A stretch of 22,838 nucleotides of DNA from Candidatus Hydrogenedentota bacterium (GCA_029974275.1 JARKSN010000144.1:1-22838); one strand, 5' to 3'. Shown: positions 1 through 8,159, numbered from the stretch's first letter. The notes: generated from the letters alone by a model not told the origin. Numbers and translations are program-made.

Positions 1-875
1 GCCTCGCGCAGCTTGCCCGCAAGCAAGTACACTTCGCCCGCGCGCGCCATGTTTCCCGCGGTTTTGTACAATTGCGCGGCGAGATCGTAGCGTTTGGATT
101 GTTCAAAACGCGCGGCGACATGCGCCAGCAACGCGACGCGCTGCTCGTCGGCGATCTTGGACTGGGCCTTGGGGTCTTGCAGCAGCGCAAAACAGTCGTC
201 TGCGGCATGCGCCTGCACCTCGACCGGATCGCGCGGCGCCTCAAAATATTCCGCGAATCGCGCCACGGCAAGAGCCGTCTTGCCCGCCTTGGCGTACGCC
301 GCCGCGGCAAACGCCATGCTTCCCATTTTTTCGAACGCCAACGCCGCCTTGTCAAAACGCTTTATCTCGGAAAAAAACCGGGCCGCCGTCGCGAAATCGC
401 CCTGTTTCATCAAAAGCTTGGCCGCCTTCATGGTTTCGCCGGCCTGCGCCAGCGACATCGCCGCGCGTTTGAGGTCCTTGGCCTTTTTGAACCATTTCGC
501 CGCTTCCTTGTGCTTCCCGACCGCGGCATACGCCTCGCCGATGTGGGCATAGTCCTTCACGCGCTTGAGCGCGGCGACAGTGCCCTCCAGATTGCGCGAC
601 GCCTCGATCGACAACGCGAATTTCTTGTCCTTGGCTTGGTTGATCTCGCCGACGCGCGCATCTTCGAGCAGGGAATCGGATTCGAACAGCCGCTTGATGC
701 GTTTCCAGGTGTCGGAGACAAGCAAATACAAAAGAAACAGCGCGAGAAGAAGCAACGCAACCTTGGCCAACGGGAATAGCAGCGGCGACGGCCCCAAGCC
801 AAGCATCGAGAACGCATAGTTCACCGGGGCGTCCAACCATCCCCACACCAGCCACCACCAACCCATCACGCGCAT
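1..875 (-). CDS. Membrane-anchored TPR/alpha-solenoid repeat protein, N-terminal part (runs off the left edge of the window)
   Basis: Absent from the ORF track because it has no stop in the window. Manual translation from ATG 875 gives MRVMGWWWLVWGWLDAPVNYAFSMLGLGPSPLLFPLAKVALLLLALFLLYLLVSDTWKRIKRLFE...IGEAYAAVGKHKEAAKWFKKAKDLKRAAMSLAQAGETMKAAKLLMKQGDFATAARFF..., open to base 1. GGGGGAG lies upstream. Hydrophobic N-terminus followed by Ala-rich helical repeats. Confidence 0.8.
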   Translation of the reverse strand, partial: MRVMGWWWLVWGWLDAPVNYAFSMLGLGPSPLLFPLAKVALLLLALFLLYLLVSDTWKRIKRLFESDSLLEDARVGEINQAKDKKFALSIEASRNLEGTVAALKRVKDYAHIGEAYAAVGKHKEAAKWFKKAKDLKRAAMSLAQAGETMKAAKLLMKQGDFATAARFFSEIKRFDKAALAFEKMGSMAFAAAAYAKAGKTALAVARFAEYFEAPRDPVEVQAHAADDCFALLQDPKAQSKIADEQRVALLAHVAARFEQSKRYDLAAQLYKTAGNMARAGEVYLLAGKLRE

Positions 876-962
876 CACGCTCCCCCCCATTCGTTATGGT
901 TGTCCGCATGCGAGCCGCGCGGGCAGTGCCGCCGCTCCTGCTCGCGACGCAGCCCGGCGCCT

Positions 963-1736
963 CTACGCGCCCGTCTTCCGGGCTGCACGCTCGCGCAACG
1001 CGCACCGGGCGTCGCGGCTGGCGATGCGATCCGGATGGTCCGCAGGCAACGCCTTCTCCTGAATGGAAACGGCTTTGTCGTACAAACAGAGCGCTTCGTC
1101 GTCGCGGCCCTGCTCCGCGCAAAGCTTGGCCAGGTTCGCCAGAGTCGCGGCCATGTGCGGATGGGTGCGGCGATCCGCGCGTTCGTGCACGCCGACGGCC
1201 CGGCGCAGCAACGCCTCCGCCTCCACCGTTTTCCCTTCATGCCCATACAGCGACGCAAGGCCGTTCAGGCTGCGGCATACGTACAGGCTGGTCTGATCCG
1301 TCGCAAGGATGAGCAACGCATGCCGGTATTCGCGCGCGACCTTGTCGTACTGGCCGCTGGCAAGATACAGATCGCCTAGATTCACGACCGTTTTGGGGAT
1401 CTCGCGCTGGTGCGGGCCCAGAACATTCTTCTTCATGACCAGCGCGGCGGCAAGAGACTTCTCGGCCTCGTCATAGCGGCCCTGCGCCGTGTACGCCTGA
1501 CCGAGCGCGTCAAGCGTCCACGCCAGCCGGAAATTTTCCTGCGGCAAGGCAATCGCCGCTTCGCGCTTCGCGGCCAGCAGCAATGTCTCGGCCTGCGCAT
1601 ACCGCGCGGCGTCGAGGGCGTCCACGCCCTCGTAGTAATACTTCATCCACAAGGTCAATTCCGCATGCGCCGACGCCGCACAAACGCCGATCGCCGCAAG
1701 CGCCGACAGGAACACAACCGTGAACGGTGTACGCAT
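963..1736 (-). CDS. Secreted tetratricopeptide repeat protein (kinesin-light-chain-like TPR), about 257 aa
   Basis: Start reassigned to ATG 1736 (RBS GGAGGGG). Signal peptide MRTPFTVVFLSALAAIGVCAASAHA. Repeats LDALGQAYTAQGRYDEAEKSL, VVNLGDLYLASGQYDK, LNGLASLYGHEGKTVEAEALL, LANLAKLCAEQGRDDEALCLYDKA, with LGPHQ/LPADHP linkers. Confidence 0.88.
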   Translation of the reverse strand: MRTPFTVVFLSALAAIGVCAASAHAELTLWMKYYYEGVDALDAARYAQAETLLLAAKREAAIALPQENFRLAWTLDALGQAYTAQGRYDEAEKSLAAALVMKKNVLGPHQREIPKTVVNLGDLYLASGQYDKVAREYRHALLILATDQTSLYVCRSLNGLASLYGHEGKTVEAEALLRRAVGVHERADRRTHPHMAATLANLAKLCAEQGRDDEALCLYDKAVSIQEKALPADHPDRIASRDARCALRERAARKTGA

Positions 1737-1854
1737 GGCCCATCCCCTCCAGGTTCGCCGAACACACGCACGAAGCCCCTCTCGCCTGGCCTCGCCGCAC
1801 CGTCCGGTCATTTCTTCCAAAAACCGCCCATCGCGAGCCAAACCCTTCCGCCAC

Positions 1855-1883
1855 AGAATAGTCCGCGCGCAAAAGACTGTCAA
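1855..1883 (-). promoter_or_regulatory. Sigma70-type promoter for the TPR genes
   Basis: Minus strand reads TTGACA-N17-TATTCT, about 120 nt upstream of ATG 1736. Confidence 0.65.
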
Positions 1884-1910
1884 CACGGCGCTTCCCCCGC
1901 GCCTGCCTGA

Positions 1911-1940
1911 TTGCGCGCGGGCAACGGCATGAGGTATAAC
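1911..1940 (+). promoter_or_regulatory. Possible divergent sigma70-type promoter for the UroD-family gene
   Basis: TTGCGC-N18-TATAAC upstream of GTG 2029. Confidence 0.4.
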
Positions 1941-2028
1941 AACCCACCATGTCCAGCGTGAACGCTGGGCCGTGTTTCCGAAAACGCCCGTGCTTGTGTG
2001 CCGCTTCACCCAAAAGGAAATCGACGCC

Positions 2029-3033
2029 GTGACGCCACGCGAACGTTTTGTCAAAGCCTTGACCTTCGACCGGCCCGACCGCGCCCCGCGCGACTTGTGG
2101 GCCTTGGCAGGAATCGGAATGTTCCGGCAAGCGGAATTCGACCAATTGCTGCAACGTTATCCGCTCGACTTGACCAACGTCGGCTCGCCATTCCCCAAGT
2201 CGCCGCGCGTTCAAGGCGCGCCCTCCACGAAGGGAATCTACATCGACGAATGGGGCACGGAATGGGTCTCCGCCGAAGACGGCGTCATCGGCGAAGTGAA
2301 AAATCCGATCCTGGCGGATTGGGACAAGCTGGCCGATTGGCAGCCGCCGCACGAATTGATCGATGGCGCGGATTGGGACGCCTTCAACCGCAAATGCGAA
2401 GCGACCGACGTCTTTCGCATGGCGGGCGGCGAGGTCCGGCCGTTCGAGCGCATGCAGTTTTTGCGCGGCACGGAAAACATTCTGCTGGACGTCGCGTTTC
2501 AGTCGCCGGAATTTTTCGAGCTGCGCGATCGCATCCACGCGTGGAACGTGCGCTATTTCGAGGGGCTTGCAAAATCGAAGGTCGACGCCTTCTTCATGAT
2601 GGACGACTGGGGGTCGCAGACAAGCCTGCTGATCTCGCCGGATATGTGGCGCGAACTGTTCAAACCCCTCTACAAAGAGTACTGCGACATCGCGCATGCA
2701 AACGGCAAGTTCTTCATGATGCACTCCGACGGCTACACGGAATCGATCATTCCCGATCTGATCGAGATCGGCGTGAACGCCCTGAACACGCAGATATTCT
2801 GCATGAACATCGAAGAACTCGCGAAACAGTTCAAGGGAAAAATCACGTTCTACGGCGAGATCGACCGCCAAAACATCCTGCCGTTCGGCACGCCCGACGA
2901 CGTGCGCGCCGCGGTCCGCCGTGTCCGCGCCGCACTCGACGACGGCACGGGCGGCTGCATCGCCCAGTGCGAATGGGGCAACACCGATCCCCGCGAAAAT
3001 ATCGAAGCCGTGTTCGAGACGTGGATGGAATGA
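2029..3033 (+). CDS. Uroporphyrinogen decarboxylase / MtaA-CmuA methyltransferase family protein
   Basis: Typical N-terminus (M)TPRERFVKALTFDRPDRAP (GTG 2029, AAAGGA upstream). Motifs DEWG, FERMQFLRGTENILLD, DDWGSQTSLLISPDMWRELFKP, HSDG, FYGEIDRQ, GTPDDVRAAV, ENIEAVFE. Confidence 0.88.
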   Translation: MTPRERFVKALTFDRPDRAPRDLWALAGIGMFRQAEFDQLLQRYPLDLTNVGSPFPKSPRVQGAPSTKGIYIDEWGTEWVSAEDGVIGEVKNPILADWDKLADWQPPHELIDGADWDAFNRKCEATDVFRMAGGEVRPFERMQFLRGTENILLDVAFQSPEFFELRDRIHAWNVRYFEGLAKSKVDAFFMMDDWGSQTSLLISPDMWRELFKPLYKEYCDIAHANGKFFMMHSDGYTESIIPDLIEIGVNALNTQIFCMNIEELAKQFKGKITFYGEIDRQNILPFGTPDDVRAAVRRVRAALDDGTGGCIAQCEWGNTDPRENIEAVFETWME

Positions 3034-3041
3034 AATAAGCA

Positions 3042-3186
3042 AGCGGGGGAAACCTCTTTGGAAAAAAGGTTTCCCCCGCTCCCCCTTCCAGAAACTTTTG
3101 TGTGCTGCGCAACCTACGCGCGAAGCGCCAACAAACGTTCTTGGGAAGGGGCGTGGGGATCCCTTCTTTCAAGAAGGCTTTCCTCA
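3042..3186. repeat. Pair of inverted REP-like palindromic units (REPIN/BIME-like)
   Basis: Perfect 14-bp stem AGCGGGGGAAACCT (3042-3055) / AGGTTTCCCCCGCT (3067-3080) with tail CCCCCTTCCAGAAACTTTT. A degenerate copy in the opposite orientation lies at about 3133-3186 (AAACGTTCTTGGGAAGGGGCGTGGGGATCCCTTCTTTCAAGAAGGCTTTCCTCA). Confidence 0.6.
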
Positions 3187-3208
3187 AATTCCCCAAGAGG
3201 ACCAAAAC

Positions 3209-3871
3209 ATGGTCGTGATGGAGAAATGCCGACGACGGCTTGGGCCGGGCGTCGAGTTCCACTGTGAGGCGTTTCGCGCGCCGAGCGGGTCGCAGATTGC
3301 CTTGTGGGGACCGAGCGGCTGCGGCAAGTCGACGATGCTGAATCTGATCAGCGGCTTGTTGCGACCCGACTCCGGCGTGGTCCGGGTCGACGATGTCGAG
3401 ACCCAAACCTTGTCTGAGGGCCAACTCGACCGGTTCCGCGGCGAACGCGTCGGCCACATCTTCCAGACCTTCAACCTTCTCGCGCCCTTCACCGCATTGC
3501 AGAACGTGCTGCTCGGCATGCGCTTCAGCGACACCGTGCCACAATCCGAATGGAAGAAACGCGCGACGCACCTGCTCGAACGCGTCGGCCTCGGCCACCG
3601 CGTGCACAGCAAACCCAACACAATGAGCGTCGGCGAACGGCAACGCGTCGCCATCGCCCGCGCACTGGCCAATAAACAAAAACTGGTCGTCGCCGACGAA
3701 CCGACCGGCAGCCTCGATCCCAAAAGCGCGAAGGCCGTCATGGACCTGCTCCTCGAACTCTGCTCGGAGGAAGACGTGACGCTGCTGCTCGTGACGCATG
3801 ACATGGGCATCGCCGAACGCTTGCCGGAACGTTTCGACTGCACGCACCTCGCGCGCGAGGTGACGTCATGA
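3209..3871 (+). CDS. ABC transporter ATP-binding protein (LolD/MacB-type, ZrgB-like)
   Basis: ATG 3209 after AGAGGA. Walker A GPSGCGKS, Q-loop IFQTFNL, signature MSVGERQRVAIARAL, Walker B VVADEPTGSLD, H-loop VTHD. Confidence 0.93.
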   Translation: MVVMEKCRRRLGPGVEFHCEAFRAPSGSQIALWGPSGCGKSTMLNLISGLLRPDSGVVRVDDVETQTLSEGQLDRFRGERVGHIFQTFNLLAPFTALQNVLLGMRFSDTVPQSEWKKRATHLLERVGLGHRVHSKPNTMSVGERQRVAIARALANKQKLVVADEPTGSLDPKSAKAVMDLLLELCSEEDVTLLLVTHDMGIAERLPERFDCTHLAREVTS

Positions 3872-5253
3872 GTCTCTGGCACATCGCGTGGAGTTACCTC
3901 TGGAACCGCAAGCTGACGACCGTGCTAACGATTCTGTCGGTCGCGTTGGCGGTGGGGATGATCTCCGCCGTGCTGACATTACGTGAAGAAACAAAGAAAC
4001 GTTTCGAGGAAGAGAGCCAGGCATTCGATCTCGTCGTCGGCGCGAAGGGCAGTCCGCTCCAACTCGTATTGAGCAGCGTGTATTTCATGGACACGCCGAC
4101 CGGCGCAATCCTCTACTCCGATTACGAGAAACTGAAAGCCCTGCCGGACGTAACGGCGGCCTTTCCCATCGGCTTGGGCGACACGGTGAAGGGGTTTCGC
4201 ATCGTCGGCACGGACAAGGGGCTGTTGAGCCACCGTTGGATCAACGCCATCGGACAGGAGAAGGCTCCATTCCGGATTGCCGAGGGGCGCGTGTTCGAAA
4301 AACCCATGGAAGCCGTGCTGGGAAGCGTCGTGGCGCGGAAGACGGGCCTCAAGGTCGGCGACTCGTTTACCGGCACGCATGGATTCACCGAAGGCGTCGC
4401 AGGATCGGGACACGACCACAGCAACCAGCCCTATACGGTCGTGGGCCTGCTCGCGCCGTCAGGCACGCCGATGGACCGCGCCGCGTTCTGCGATCTGCGC
4501 TCCGTGTGGGAAGTGCACGGCCACCATGACGGCGAGGCAGAGGAAGAGCATCATCACGACGACGAGGCGGAAAGCGATCACGATCACGCCGATCGCCACG
4601 ACGGCGAACACGATCATGCCGCCGAAGCAACCGCCGGGAACGAACGCCCCGATGAAGACCATCATGACGACGGCGACGAAGAACCCGCCGACGGCACGGC
4701 GCGCGGCGATCAAGTGACGGCGATCCTGGTGCAGCTAAACAGTCCCGCGGCCCGCTTCCCCATGCGTCCGTACATCAACAAACACTTCAACGCGATGGCC
4801 GCCGTGCCGACCGACGAGATTCAAAAACTCTACAACCAGCTCCTGGGCGCCGCCAAGACCGTGTTGTTGACCATCGGCTATCTCGTAGTGGCCATTTCCG
4901 CGTTGTCGATCTTGATTGGCCTATACCTGTCGATCCTGCAACGCCGCCGCGACCTCGCCATCATGCGCGCGCTCGGCGCATCGGCGTATGAGATCGTCGG
5001 CGCGGTGCTCATCGAAGCCTTCTGGGTCACCCTGCTTGGAATCGGTTCTGGCTGGATACTGGGGCGCGGCCTCACCTTCGCGCTTGGGCAATACATGACC
5101 GAACGCTTCGGCATGACCATCAACGCATTCTCCTATAACGCCGAAGAGATCGGCGCCTTCGCGACCATCGCGCTCGTCGGCCTCATCGCGGGCATAGTCC
5201 CCGCGTGGCAGGCCTACCGCACCGACATCGCCCGCGACCTCGCGGAAAATTGA
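3868..5253 (+). CDS. FtsX/MacB-family ABC permease with His/acidic-rich extracytoplasmic insertion (ZrgC-like)
   Basis: ATGA overlap with the ATPase gene. One N-terminal TM, a large soluble domain with GAKGSPLQLVLSSVY and PIGLGD..KGFRIVGT, then RRRDLAIMRALGAS and three C-terminal TMs ending PAWQAYR. Confidence 0.9.
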   Translation: MSLWHIAWSYLWNRKLTTVLTILSVALAVGMISAVLTLREETKKRFEEESQAFDLVVGAKGSPLQLVLSSVYFMDTPTGAILYSDYEKLKALPDVTAAFPIGLGDTVKGFRIVGTDKGLLSHRWINAIGQEKAPFRIAEGRVFEKPMEAVLGSVVARKTGLKVGDSFTGTHGFTEGVAGSGHDHSNQPYTVVGLLAPSGTPMDRAAFCDLRSVWEVHGHHDGEAEEEHHHDDEAESDHDHADRHDGEHDHAAEATAGNERPDEDHHDDGDEEPADGTARGDQVTAILVQLNSPAARFPMRPYINKHFNAMAAVPTDEIQKLYNQLLGAAKTVLLTIGYLVVAISALSILIGLYLSILQRRRDLAIMRALGASAYEIVGAVLIEAFWVTLLGIGSGWILGRGLTFALGQYMTERFGMTINAFSYNAEEIGAFATIALVGLIAGIVPAWQAYRTDIARDLAEN

Positions 5254-5265
5254 GCCGCTGTTTGG

Positions 5266-5295
5266 TTGACACGCCTCGGATCAGATTGATACAAT
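5266..5295 (+). promoter_or_regulatory. Sigma70 promoter of the tRNA pair
   Basis: TTGACA (5266-5271), N18, TACAAT (5290-5295) with extended -10 TGn; ends 10 nt before tRNA-Gln. Confidence 0.8.
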
Positions 5296-5305
5296 GCCTC
5301 TGCAC

Positions 5306-5381
5306 TGCCGGATGGCCAAATTGGTAAGGCACCTGGCTCTGGACCAGGGGATTCTAGGTTCGAGTCCTAGTCCGGCAACCA
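5306..5381 (+). tRNA. tRNA-Gln (anticodon CTG)
   Basis: Acceptor stem TGCCGGA/TCCGGCA, anticodon arm CCTGG-CT-CTG-GA-CCAGG, T-arm CTAGG-TTCGAGT-CCTAG, encoded CCA. Confidence 0.97.
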
Positions 5382-5390
5382 GCTTTTCAG

Positions 5391-5416
5391 ACGCGGCAAC
5401 GCCGCGTGGTTTTTTT
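5391..5416 (+). terminator. Intrinsic-terminator-like hairpin in the tRNA spacer
   Basis: ACGCGGC-AAC-GCCGCGT followed by GG and T7. Confidence 0.5.
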
Positions 5417-5420
5417 GTGC

Positions 5421-5496
5421 GGCCCGTTCATCTAGGGGTCTAGGATGAAGGATTCTCAGTCCTTTCACAGGGGTTCGAATCCCCTACGGGCTGCCA
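5421..5496 (+). tRNA. tRNA-Glu (anticodon CTC)
   Basis: Acceptor stem GGCCCGT/ACGGGCT, anticodon arm AAGGA-TT-CTC-AG-TCCTT, T-arm AGGGG-TTCGAAT-CCCCT, encoded CCA. Confidence 0.97.
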
Positions 5497-5927
5497 TTGT
5501 TACCCCAATGACGTAGAGACTGTGCCCAAGCCGTCCCCAAACGGCGCCCAGTCCATCCCGCTGCGCCGGCACGTCCGCACCGGGCGTCCCGTGGGCGATC
5601 CCGATTTCGCCGCATCGTTCGAACCCATCCCGCGCTCCCCGCCAAACGAAAACCCAGGCCCAAAAGCTCGGAACGTCCGAACAGGAGACCCCGCAACAAC
5701 GAATGACGCATTGCGTCCCTATAATTCTCGCGATTCCCCAATACGCACAAGCCGCTTGCGTATTACAGAATGCTATGGCAAACTGACACACCGGGCGAAG
5801 CGGAGACGGGCAATCCTGTGTTGACACGTCGTGAAGCATCTTCCGGATCGCATTGGGCATGTGCGCCTTTTCTCGGCGGGGTTGGAACATGGGGGGCGAT
5901 CCGTCTTTGCGGAAAGGCGCGCGTGAA

Positions 5928-6110
5928 TCAGGCGGCGGGCGAGGCGGATTTCACCCCGGAAAGAGACGCATGGAGTTCCGCAAAGGCGGCCTCCGCGCAT
6001 ACGGGACAGTATCCGTGGCTGATATGACAACACGCACTCAACGGGGATGTGATGTCAACCCAGCGCTTTCCTTTTCGTATTTTCTTGCAAACGCAGCATT
6101 GAACGAGCAT
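5928..6110 (-). CDS. Small stand-alone zinc-ribbon protein (CxxC...W...SHGxCPxC), about 60 aa
   Basis: MLVQCCVCKKIRKGKRWVDITSPLSACCHISHGYCPVCAEAAFAELH... from ATG 6110, with GAGGTG RBS just upstream. Confidence 0.78.
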   Translation of the reverse strand: MLVQCCVCKKIRKGKRWVDITSPLSACCHISHGYCPVCAEAAFAELHASLSGVKSASPAA

Positions 6111-6308
6111 CTTGCGCACCTCGCCTTTCCTAGGTTGTGTGCCTCGTATGACGCTCATATGCAGACCTCGTGCCAGCGCGCCCGCTGCAGGGCGCGCTTG
6201 ACTAAACAGATTGTAAACATTACAGTTATGCCCAGGAAACGTGAAACTTTCCAGGGGCAGTCTCTGCCGCCTTGCCGATGCAAGCGGAAGAATTTGCCTC
6301 GTACATTA

Positions 6309-6337
6309 ATTATTGACCAGACGGCTCGGGTTGTCAA
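6309..6337 (-). promoter_or_regulatory. Candidate sigma70 promoter for the zinc-ribbon gene
   Basis: Minus strand TTGACA-N17-AATAAT, implying a leader of about 190 nt. Confidence 0.5.
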
Positions 6338-6407
6338 GTGTTTCTGCGCGAGATGACGCTGCGATCAACCCGTTTTCACCGGGGCATAATGCAAAAGCGG
6401 GGCGTTT

Positions 6408-7331
6408 ATGATTGAAGTCGAAGGACTTACAAAATACTACGGAGCCAGCCCAGCAATCCGTGACCTTTCTTTTCGCATCGAAAAAGGAGAAATCGTTGGG
6501 TTTCTTGGCCCCAATGCCGCCGGAAAAACCACGACCATGCGCATCCTGACGGGTTTTTTCCCGGCCACAAGCGGCACGGCGCAGGTGGCGGGCTTCGACG
6601 TAGCCGAGGCGCCCATCGAGGTGAAACGCCGGGTCGGCTATCTCCCCGAAAGCGTGCCCCTATATACGGAGATGCTCGTAAATCGATTTCTATCGTACGT
6701 GGCCGAAATCAAAGGCGTTTCCCGCTCAAACCGAAAACGGGAAGTGGGCCGCGTGTTGGAGAGGTGCGGCCTCGACACCGTGCGCGATCGCATTATCGGA
6801 CATCTGTCGAAGGGATATCGGCAACGCGTCGGCCTGGCCCAGGCATTGGTAGGCGATCCGCCCGTGCTCATTCTCGACGAACCCACGGTGGGGCTCGATC
6901 CAAAACAAATCATCGAGATCCGCCAAACCATCAAGGACCTCGCCAACGATCACACCGTTCTGCTCAGCACCCACATCCTGCCCGAGGTGGCCATGGTGTG
7001 CCAACGCGTCCTCATCATCCACCGGGGACGGATCGTTGCCGAAGACAGCATGGATCGCCTGACCGGCGCATCCGACACGATCGAGATAGAGGCGGAAGGC
7101 CCCGTCGAGACGGTTTTGACGGCGATCCGGTCCGTGGCGGGATCGCTCCAGGTCGAATGCACGGGCCGAGGACAATACAAGACGCATGGCGCCGCAGACG
7201 CCGCGACGCGCCGGCAGTTGTCGGAGGCGCTCGTTTCGGCGGGATGCGGCATCTCGTTGTTGCGCCCGGTCGGCCGCACCTTGGAAGACGTCTTCGTCGA
7301 AGCCACTTCGGGTCAGGAGGACGCCGCGTGA
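6408..7331 (+). CDS. ABC-2 transporter ATP-binding subunit (GldA-like)
   Basis: GFLGPNAAGKTTTMRILTG, GYLPE, LSKGYRQRVGLAQAL, LILDEPTVGLDPKQI, LSTHILPEV, C-terminal TLEDVF. Confidence 0.93.
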   Translation: MIEVEGLTKYYGASPAIRDLSFRIEKGEIVGFLGPNAAGKTTTMRILTGFFPATSGTAQVAGFDVAEAPIEVKRRVGYLPESVPLYTEMLVNRFLSYVAEIKGVSRSNRKREVGRVLERCGLDTVRDRIIGHLSKGYRQRVGLAQALVGDPPVLILDEPTVGLDPKQIIEIRQTIKDLANDHTVLLSTHILPEVAMVCQRVLIIHRGRIVAEDSMDRLTGASDTIEIEAEGPVETVLTAIRSVAGSLQVECTGRGQYKTHGAADAATRRQLSEALVSAGCGISLLRPVGRTLEDVFVEATSGQEDAA

Positions 7332-8158
7332 AGAATGCATGGCCGGTGTTCCGACGCGAATTCACGAGTTACTTCGTGACGCCGATGGGGTATGTCGTCG
7401 TTGGCGTGTTCGCCGCGATCATGGGCATGGGTTTTACACTGCAATTCGTGATGTACTCCTGGCAATCCCAAGCCCCAAGCGCGTATGGACTGACCGCCGT
7501 GCCCGATTTCGAGGAACAGATGCTGGCCCCCTTCATGATTTTCTGCGGGTTCCTCATCATGTTTCTCGGGCCGCTCGTGACGGGCCGCCTGCTCGCCGAA
7601 GAACGTCACCACGGCACCATGGAACTGCTCTTGACGCATCCCCTGCGCGACGGCGAGATCATTTTCGGCAAATACCTCGCGGCGCTGGGAATGCTCGTGG
7701 TCATGATGTCCCTGCTTGCCGTCCCGTCGCTCATTCTCATCCACTTCACGGACGTCGAGCCCGCCGTATTGGGCATGGGCGCACTCGCCGTCTTTCTAAT
7801 GGGCGCGGCGTTCTTGAGCTGGGGCTTGTTCATCTCGGCCATGGCGAACAATCAGGTGACGGCGGGCGTATTGACGTTCGGCCTATGGTTCGTCTTCTTC
7901 ATCCTGGGCAAAATTGGCGACGGCATGCCCGAAAAGATCGCGACGCCTTCGGCATGGCCCACGACGGTGACGCACAGCGTCCTGTTTTTGTACGGCATCC
8001 TGCGCGGGCTCGTGCGCGAATTGCCCCTGGACGCGCACGCCGCCCACATGGCCCAGGGCGTCGTCGAGCCGCGCGACATCGCCTACTACCTCCTGTTCAC
8101 GGCCTTCTTCCTGTTCCTGACGTTCCGCGCGTTCGAATCGCGCCGGTGGAGGGGGTGA
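7328..8158 (+). CDS. ABC-2 permease (GldF-like)
   Basis: GTG 7328 overlaps the upstream stop (GTGA). (M)KNAWPVFRREFTSYFVTPMGY, LLAEERHHGTMELLLTHP, IIFGKYLA, GLFISAMANNQVTA, DIAYY, ESRRWR; six hydrophobic segments. Confidence 0.9.
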   Translation: MKNAWPVFRREFTSYFVTPMGYVVVGVFAAIMGMGFTLQFVMYSWQSQAPSAYGLTAVPDFEEQMLAPFMIFCGFLIMFLGPLVTGRLLAEERHHGTMELLLTHPLRDGEIIFGKYLAALGMLVVMMSLLAVPSLILIHFTDVEPAVLGMGALAVFLMGAAFLSWGLFISAMANNQVTAGVLTFGLWFVFFILGKIGDGMPEKIATPSAWPTTVTHSVLFLYGILRGLVRELPLDAHAAHMAQGVVEPRDIAYYLLFTAFFLFLTFRAFESRRWRG

Positions 8159-8159
8159 C

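Noticed and set aside
5617..5626. GTTCGAACCC resembling a tRNA T-loop (third tRNA or att fragment)
   Set aside because: No T-stem, acceptor stem or cloverleaf around it, and it does not match the 3' end of either neighbouring tRNA.
5775..6300. GGCAAA segments (plus strand near 5777, minus strand near 6298) as c-di-GMP-I riboswitch candidates
   Set aside because: The following GNRA-capped stem and GACGCAAAGC / tetraloop-receptor elements are missing.
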